A stretch of DNA of 20,000 nucleotides. Source: an uncultured virus (IMG/VR IMGVR_UViG_3300038548_000322). Taxonomy: Duplodnaviria > Heunggongvirae > Uroviricota > Caudoviricetes. Below, piece after piece: positions 15,892-20,000 of the stretch. Where the stretch lies: IMG/VR virus record IMGVR_UViG_3300038548_000322; one strand, given 5' to 3'. The notes beneath the pieces are model-generated. The model was not told the DNA's origin. It did not search any database and worked only from the letters and a program-made list of their open reading frames with translations. A program made the translations under genes and the position numbers. Every line of letters starts with the position of its first letter. Positions within the stretch are counted from its first letter, which is position 1.

Positions 15892-16018
15892 CTTCTTCCG
15901 GGGGCAGCAGTCCACGATCAACCATCTGCTTTTCGAAATCCTTAATCCCACGCCAGCGACCGAGAAGGAAGCAGCCGAGACCGATGGCAAATAGCAGTAC
16001 GGTGTACCAGTCAGACAT
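15884..16018 (-). CDS. Small single-TM membrane peptide
   Basis: Translated by hand, 44 aa: MSDWYTVLLFAIGLGCFLLGRWRGIKDFEKQMVDRGLLPPEEDE. GGAG SD, 8-nt overlaps at both ends. Confidence 0.68.
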   Translation of the reverse strand: MSDWYTVLLFAIGLGCFLLGRWRGIKDFEKQMVDRGLLPPEEDE

Positions 16019-16169
16019 AGCGAATTTTCTCCACCATAAACTTGCGCCGACACATCGGACAGCATTTAGGTGTGTGTTCTCTGGGCACGATGATGAGCAG
16101 CGTTGCTCTGCATTTGTCGCACCAAGCTGTGAGGTGTTTCATGGGGTGAGCCTTTGAGTCGGGCATCAT
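16011..16169 (-). CDS. Small Zn-ribbon protein
   Basis: Translated by hand, 52 aa: MMPDSKAHPMKHLTAWCDKCRATLLIIVPREHTPKCCPMCRRKFMVEKIRYV. Confidence 0.65.
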   Translation of the reverse strand: MMPDSKAHPMKHLTAWCDKCRATLLIIVPREHTPKCCPMCRRKFMVEKIRYV

Positions 16170-16351
16170 CCTAACTCTTTTTGCCGGAGTGCTGCGTATT
16201 CCAGCAGCGCGCGTAGTTCGAGCCAGACACCTCCGTTAACGCGAATGCCGAGTTGTGGTTTCGCAAACTTGCGCCCTTGCCAGTCAGTGTCGTAGTAATC
16301 GACTTCCCACGCATCGATCTCGGTCTTGGATGTGAAATTATTCAGCGTCAT
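16166..16351 (-). CDS. Hypothetical protein
   Basis: Likely start ATG 16351 (MTLNNF; ATGA overlap), 61 aa. Confidence 0.65.
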   Translation of the reverse strand: MTLNNFTSKTEIDAWEVDYYDTDWQGRKFAKPQLGIRVNGGVWLELRALLEYAALRQKELG

Positions 16352-16533
16352 GTGCACTTCCGATAGACGACTTTGCCACATGTTTCGCACATGCGTCGTT
16401 GCGTCATGTAACCGTTGACAATTTCGTTAGTGACGTCGCCATCGAGCACTTCGCGGTGCGTCCACGTGCCAGTAAAAGGATCGGACCACTTCTGCCACTT
16501 GTGCCAGCAGAAAGTTCGGATGAATACGCTCAT
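16348..16533 (-). CDS. Small Zn-ribbon protein
   Basis: 61 aa. FCWHKWQKW...QRRMCETCGK. GGAG SD. Confidence 0.72.
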   Translation of the reverse strand: MSVFIRTFCWHKWQKWSDPFTGTWTHREVLDGDVTNEIVNGYMTQRRMCETCGKVVYRKCT

Positions 16534-16862
16534 TTTGTTAGCTCCAGTTTTGGCGTGCCTCTGCGGAAGAAGTGAAATGCCTGCTTCATGGTCATGATCG
16601 TCAGGACGTAATCCCAGCCTGCAGGGATGTCCTGCTGAGATCCAACCAGCAGAAATTGCGCCTCTTCATGATTGACGACCGTTCCTTCGGGGTGTGACCA
16701 GCATTCAGCGAACAGAATGAAGTTGCCGTTTCCATCTACACAGATGTCGCGTACCGTCGCACCCGTTGGCAAGCTGACGGTAAGTTTGGTCGGCTCGCCG
16801 GGTGCTGCAATTCCATCAGGCTGCTCAAAGTTGAAGCCGAATACTCTACGTGTCTTTGCCAT
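16530..16862 (-). CDS. Hypothetical all-beta phage protein
   Basis: 110 aa, coupled at both ends. Pattern VSLPTGATVRDI...F.LVGSQQDIP...YV.T....FHFF. Confidence 0.72.
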   Translation of the reverse strand: MAKTRRVFGFNFEQPDGIAAPGEPTKLTVSLPTGATVRDICVDGNGNFILFAECWSHPEGTVVNHEEAQFLLVGSQQDIPAGWDYVLTIMTMKQAFHFFRRGTPKLELTK

Positions 16863-17083
16863 CAGCGACGTCTCTTAAGGGGCGTTTTCTTGGCGTGATG
16901 TTTGGGGTTGTCGAGAATGAAATCCATCCGGGACGCCAGACGTTTGCATCGGCCCAGCCTGAACTCTTTATCGTGCCGATTCCTGCCGCGCCACGTGGTC
17001 AGGCCGGAATAGCAAGCCTTGCACACTTGCAAATGATGGTAGTGGACTGCCTCTTCACAGTCCGGAATTATGCAGTTACTCAT
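16862..17083 (-). CDS. Small basic Zn-finger protein
   Basis: 73 aa. CIIPDC...VCKACY and an Arg/Lys-rich tail. Confidence 0.72.
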   Translation of the reverse strand: MSNCIIPDCEEAVHYHHLQVCKACYSGLTTWRGRNRHDKEFRLGRCKRLASRMDFILDNPKHHAKKTPLKRRR

Positions 17084-17456
17084 TGGCTTTTAAAAACTCC
17101 TCTTCGTCTGCGAAACAGGATGCGATGGCAGCGGAATCTGCACGCGACCACCAACGACTTTCAAGTTCAGGATCCTCTTCAATCGCTCGTTCCCATGGGA
17201 CGTTCGCGCCACCGTCTTTAAGGTATATGGCGAGAGCGCCAAAACAGTGCTGAGACGATCCGTCATCCTTGAAATGGTAGCCGTCCGATTCGCCATCCGG
17301 GCCTTCTCGGTGTTCGGAGTGCAGATGGCAAACAAAACCTTCACGGTACGCAATCTCTTCAATTTCTTCAGCACGCTCGCGACACTGGAACGTAATGCGT
17401 GTTGGGGTGTTGGCGAACGGGCAGTGTTCGCAGGGTCGTTTGAGATCGAAGCGCAC
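17076..17456 (-). CDS. Cys/His-motif phage hypothetical protein
   Basis: 126 aa, GTG start with AAGGA SD. RPCEHCPF...FVCH...QHCFGAL. Confidence 0.78.
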   Translation of the reverse strand: MRFDLKRPCEHCPFANTPTRITFQCRERAEEIEEIAYREGFVCHLHSEHREGPDGESDGYHFKDDGSSQHCFGALAIYLKDGGANVPWERAIEEDPELESRWWSRADSAAIASCFADEEEFLKANE

Positions 17457-17458
17457 AC

Positions 17459-18079
17459 TTACGTTTCCTTGGGTTGATTGCCAAGTTGGCGTATTGCCGT
17501 TTCCAGATTGCGCAGTCGATCAGGGATGGAAAGCAGCGCGTTCGCATCGGAGTCGGCAGTCGCACCGAGTGCTGCTTCTATTTTACGGATCCTGTCACCG
17601 TGATGCTGAATCAAATTGTCTTCGATGACCGGCGTGAGGAATTTATCCAGCCTATCGATGCGCGTTTCCGAGTTCCTGACGTCTTGGGCAAAACCCTCGA
17701 CCGCTTTTACCAGCGCACTCAGACGACCACTTAATTGCTTGAGTTCGCCCGTGATCAACTCTTTCATGAAGTCTTCGGGCGTGTTGCGCGGATCGGGGAA
17801 CCCACCAGTTGCAATCGATTCGGCGAGCTTTTTGCCTTTTTCGATCAGGCCGCGTGCTTCTCCCTCGGGAAGGGAGTCCATCAGCTCATTGTGCGGGTTC
17901 ATGCCGGGATCACCGACCGCACCGTTGTTTTTGATGTCGGCGTAGGACCACGATTCGGCCCCACGGACATGTAAGTCGAATGAGATCTCCCCAGAGACGG
18001 GCAGTTCGGGATGCATGGTGGCGCGGAGGACTTTTTGGACAGCGTCGGATATGTCGCGTTTTTGTTGAATGGAAAACAT
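17459..18079 (-). CDS. Two-domain hypothetical protein (globular N-terminus plus coiled coil)
   Basis: 206 aa, AAGGA SD. N-terminal MFSIQQKRDIS..HPELP..GAESWSYADIKNNGAV..NPHNE block, then heptad repeats. Confidence 0.82.
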   Translation of the reverse strand: MFSIQQKRDISDAVQKVLRATMHPELPVSGEISFDLHVRGAESWSYADIKNNGAVGDPGMNPHNELMDSLPEGEARGLIEKGKKLAESIATGGFPDPRNTPEDFMKELITGELKQLSGRLSALVKAVEGFAQDVRNSETRIDRLDKFLTPVIEDNLIQHHGDRIRKIEAALGATADSDANALLSIPDRLRNLETAIRQLGNQPKET

Positions 18080-18106
18080 TTCAGGGTTCCTTTATTACTT
18101 GGTATT

Positions 18107-18233
18107 ATGCGTTTGGATCTCCCGGCGAGGCACGGTGACTGCGAGGTTTAAACTTTGCGGGCCTCGCGCCTGTACACCTAAACCGAACCGGGAGGTCCTC
18201 ACCCGCATTCAGCGCGCCGACATCGGTCACGCT
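18107..18233. ncRNA. Candidate structured RNA / long imperfect hairpin element
   Basis: Intergenic gap 18080-18244 with nested inverted repeats: ATGCG/CGCAT, GGATCTCCCGG/CCGGGAGGTCC, GGTG/CACC and GCGAGG/CCTCGC, plus a second hairpin at 18211-18233. Confidence 0.45.
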
Positions 18234-18244
18234 CAACCCCAATA

Positions 18245-18376
18245 CTACACAGCAACGCAGCGGTGAGCAAGCAGCAGCGTAAAGGTCAGGATGAAAGCAC
18301 CCCAGAGGAGGAAAATTGCCCAGCGGGGCACCAGCAGCTTCGGTCGCCAGTCAGACCATTCCGGCAGAGTCCTCAT
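18245..18376 (-). CDS. Small single-TM membrane peptide
   Basis: Translated by hand, 43 aa: MRTLPEWSDWRPKLLVPRWAIFLLWGAFILTFTLLLAHRCVAV. ATGA overlap with the upstream gene. Confidence 0.6.
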   Translation of the reverse strand: MRTLPEWSDWRPKLLVPRWAIFLLWGAFILTFTLLLAHRCVAV

Positions 18377-18657
18377 TCAAGTTCGTCGATGTTGGTAATT
18401 GCGTGCTTGGCGAAGATCTTTGCCAATTCACCGTAGGCTTCACCGCTATTAATGGGTTTATCGCCCAGTGACCAGTTGCGACAGTGCGCGAGCACGGTAT
18501 TGAGCGCGTTGAAGTAAATTCGCTCTTGCCGGGTTTCATGTGCGGTGCGTTCCAGACGTTGCACTTCCCGGCGCAGCTCCAGCACCTCTTTAGCGACGTA
18601 CTTACGCCCAGCCTGATAGCCCTTGGCGTAGTTCCTGTTCTTATATTCTTCTGGCAT
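18373..18657 (-). CDS. Hypothetical protein
   Basis: 94 aa, AGGAGG SD, Y.KGY.AG pattern followed by a short coiled coil. Confidence 0.78.
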   Translation of the reverse strand: MPEEYKNRNYAKGYQAGRKYVAKEVLELRREVQRLERTAHETRQERIYFNALNTVLAHCRNWSLGDKPINSGEAYGELAKIFAKHAITNIDELE

Positions 18658-18868
18658 GCGGCCTCCTGTGGAATGCGAGCTTAAACCAGCATGCTAGGCA
18701 CAGCTGGGCATAACGGGGTTTGCCGCAGGAGTCGAGATCGCGCGGTTCCAGCTGCACCCGTAACTGGGCAGGCGGCTTGGTAGGTGTTGCCTTGTCGAAA
18801 CACCACTCACAGCGCAGATGGTCTGGGCATTCAATCGCATCGTCAAGGAAGTAGTGGGTGGCATGCAT
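18641..18868 (-). CDS. Small Zn-finger protein, first gene of the accessory array
   Basis: Start probably ATG 18868 (or 18892). CEWC and CLACW pairs. Confidence 0.6.
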   Translation of the reverse strand: MHATHYFLDDAIECPDHLRCEWCFDKATPTKPPAQLRVQLEPRDLDSCGKPRYAQLCLACWFKLAFHRRPHARRI

Positions 18869-18975
18869 CCTCGCGATCCTATCACACCACATAACGACGC
18901 GATAGAAATTACTGTTGCAACGCTCATGTGTAAGAAGGGGCTCTGGCGGAGACTCATGAAATAATATTCAAATGG

Positions 18976-19010
18976 GAGGCGCATTATACATAACGTAGTG
19001 ACATAACGTG
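18976..19010 (-). promoter_or_regulatory. Putative promoter for the accessory array
   Basis: Minus strand TATAAT (18983-18988) followed by the GC-rich GCGCC. No good -35; two tandem ACGTTATGT copies lie immediately upstream. Confidence 0.45.
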
Positions 19011-19147
19011 GGAGGGGTGCCACCGTGCATTATGTTAAGCCAAACTAAATGCCAGATTATGTTAAGTCGAGCTTGACACGGGAGCGCACGTGTGATAGGC
19101 GCGCATTATGTCAAGTCGGCGTGCGCAAGTTTATTTCGTCGCAGGCC

Positions 19148-19176
19148 TTGACACGGCAGCGCTTTTCTGGTAGCGT
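19148..19176 (+). promoter_or_regulatory. Plus-strand sigma70-like promoter
   Basis: TTGACA-N17-TAGCGT with TG at the extended -10 position. No credible plus-strand gene downstream. Confidence 0.5.
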
Positions 19177-19443
19177 CGATGACGCACGTGACCACGTGCT
19201 TCAATCGACACGCCACCCAATGCCAAGCGCACGCCATCACGCGTAGCGTGAATGACTGCGCATGTCAGGCACCACGCCATAGCGGTGGGCAATGCCCAGC
19301 TTATGGCAAGTGTCAGTTGACAAGGCGCGGCGTGATGTGGTAGCCACATTACACGGCACCGGTCACGTGTTACCTATAGGCTAAACGGTGGGATTGACAG
19401 CCGCTGTACGCGGTGGCATCCCCGCAGGTATCACGATTGTTTT

Positions 19444-19662
19444 GGATTGTAAAACCTACAATCGCCTGCAGCCGCTGGTATCAGTACATCTTAGCTTTTG
19501 GATTGTAGGATTGTATGATTGTATATAGAGGGAGGGAGGGGTCATATATAAGGGGGAGTCTGTGAGAGTGTGAGTGATATACAGGTACAATCCTACAATC
19601 CTTACAATCCTATTTGAATCAGTAGCTTGCAGTACAATGCACCTACAATCCCAGTACAATCC
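19444..19662. repeat. Converging 8-bp iteron array (putative replication origin)
   Basis: GGATTGTA at 19444, 19500, 19508 and TGATTGTA at 19516. TACAATCC at 19586, 19594, 19603, 19644, 19655, TACAATGC at 19633 and TACAATCG at 19457. A 62-bp purine-skewed spacer spans 19524-19585. Confidence 0.85.
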
Positions 19663-19676
19663 TAAACGCCAGACAC

Positions 19677-19700
19677 AAAAAAGGCCCGCCGAAGCGGACC
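19677..19700 (-). terminator. Rho-independent terminator
   Basis: Minus strand GGTCCGC-TTCG-GCGGGCC-TTTTTT: a 7-bp stem with one G-U pair, a cUUCGg tetraloop and a U6 tail, 26 nt after a stop codon. Confidence 0.9.
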
Positions 19701-19726
19701 ATTTAATGTGGCATCGTTGCCGTGTA

Positions 19727-19999
19727 CTAGCTGCGCATCATTGCGTCATCCCTCGCGCCATCCGCCCGGTCCTCCATCATGCACGTGTAACACTCGCTGC
19801 ACATGTCGCCGTCATCCTTGACCCGCACATCCTCGCATGATTTGCACATTACGGGCTCGCTCATTCCCTCCCAATCGTCGCCGCAATCCGGGCACGTTGC
19901 ACTGTACTCTGGCGGCTCCTCCTGACTACCGCGAAACTCACAGTGACTGACCAGCTCATCCTCGTGACCAGTCCAGCCGCACGGGCATTCCCATTGCTG
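19727..19999 (-). CDS. Cys-rich Zn-binding protein (start lies beyond right edge)
   Basis: Open frame translated by hand: QQWECPCGWTGHEDELVSHCEFRGSQEEPPEYSATCPDCGDDWEGMSEPVMCKSCEDVRVKDDGDMCSECYTCMMEDRADGARDDAMMRS*. Followed by the terminator. Confidence 0.75.
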   Translation of the reverse strand, partial: QQWECPCGWTGHEDELVSHCEFRGSQEEPPEYSATCPDCGDDWEGMSEPVMCKSCEDVRVKDDGDMCSECYTCMMEDRADGARDDAMMRS

Positions 20000-20000
20000 G

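Noticed and set aside
15604..16065. 153-aa ORF as annotated in the track
   Set aside because: The 5' part overlaps two better small genes (15884-16018 and 16011-16169); the likely start is 15891.
16530..16862. MAKTRRVFGF as a third Tat signal
   Set aside because: It has RRxF but no following hydrophobic region.
18107..18233. tRNA, SRP RNA or hammerhead ribozyme
   Set aside because: No cloverleaf or T-loop, SRP loop or hammerhead core sequence found by eye.
404..18684. Numerous plus-strand ORFs in the track (e.g. 5551-6411, 286 aa; 13196-13720, 174 aa)
   Set aside because: They are antisense shadows of well-supported minus-strand genes, with no recognisable motifs or coupling.
19444..19662. 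Repeat array as a CRISPR or mini-CRISPR
   Set aside because: Units are only 8 bp, tandem or inverted, with no regular unique spacers and no cas genes.
18694..19840. Track ORFs 18694-19023, 19049-19246, 19131-19349, 19456-19659 and 19574-19840 as genes
   Set aside because: They cross promoter, repeat and terminator sequence, lack clear SD sites and have unprotein-like composition.
1..20000. Alternative genetic code
   Set aside because: Long genes are intact under the standard code, and TAA, TAG and TGA all occur as coupled gene ends.

Overview
This window is a segment of a tailed dsDNA phage (Caudoviricetes) genome with every credible gene on the minus strand. In transcription order (right to left) it holds five parts. 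(1) The end of a Cys-rich gene and an intrinsic terminator (~19.7 kb). (2) An ~800 bp non-coding control region with converging GGATTGTA/TACAATCC iterons (origin-like) and four plus-strand TTGACA promoter-like units. (3) A tightly coupled array of ~27 small accessory genes (18.9-11.1 kb), including many Zn-finger microproteins, a sulfotransferase-like gene, a DUF2829/Tad2-like anti-defence gene and two proteins with twin-arginine (Tat) signal peptides. (4) A 914-aa repeat-built fibre-like protein, three membrane or secreted proteins, and a self-contained moron-like cassette flanked by 10-bp direct repeats. (5) The head module: TerL, an inserted gene, portal, two small genes, GroES, scaffold and a truncated conserved gene. 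The most striking observation is a 131-aa protein (12019-12414) that appears to be a Tat signal peptide fused to shortened, re-ordered pieces of a major capsid protein, lying close to the Tad2-like gene and a second Tat peptide. All family assignments come from motif recognition by eye; no database search was run.
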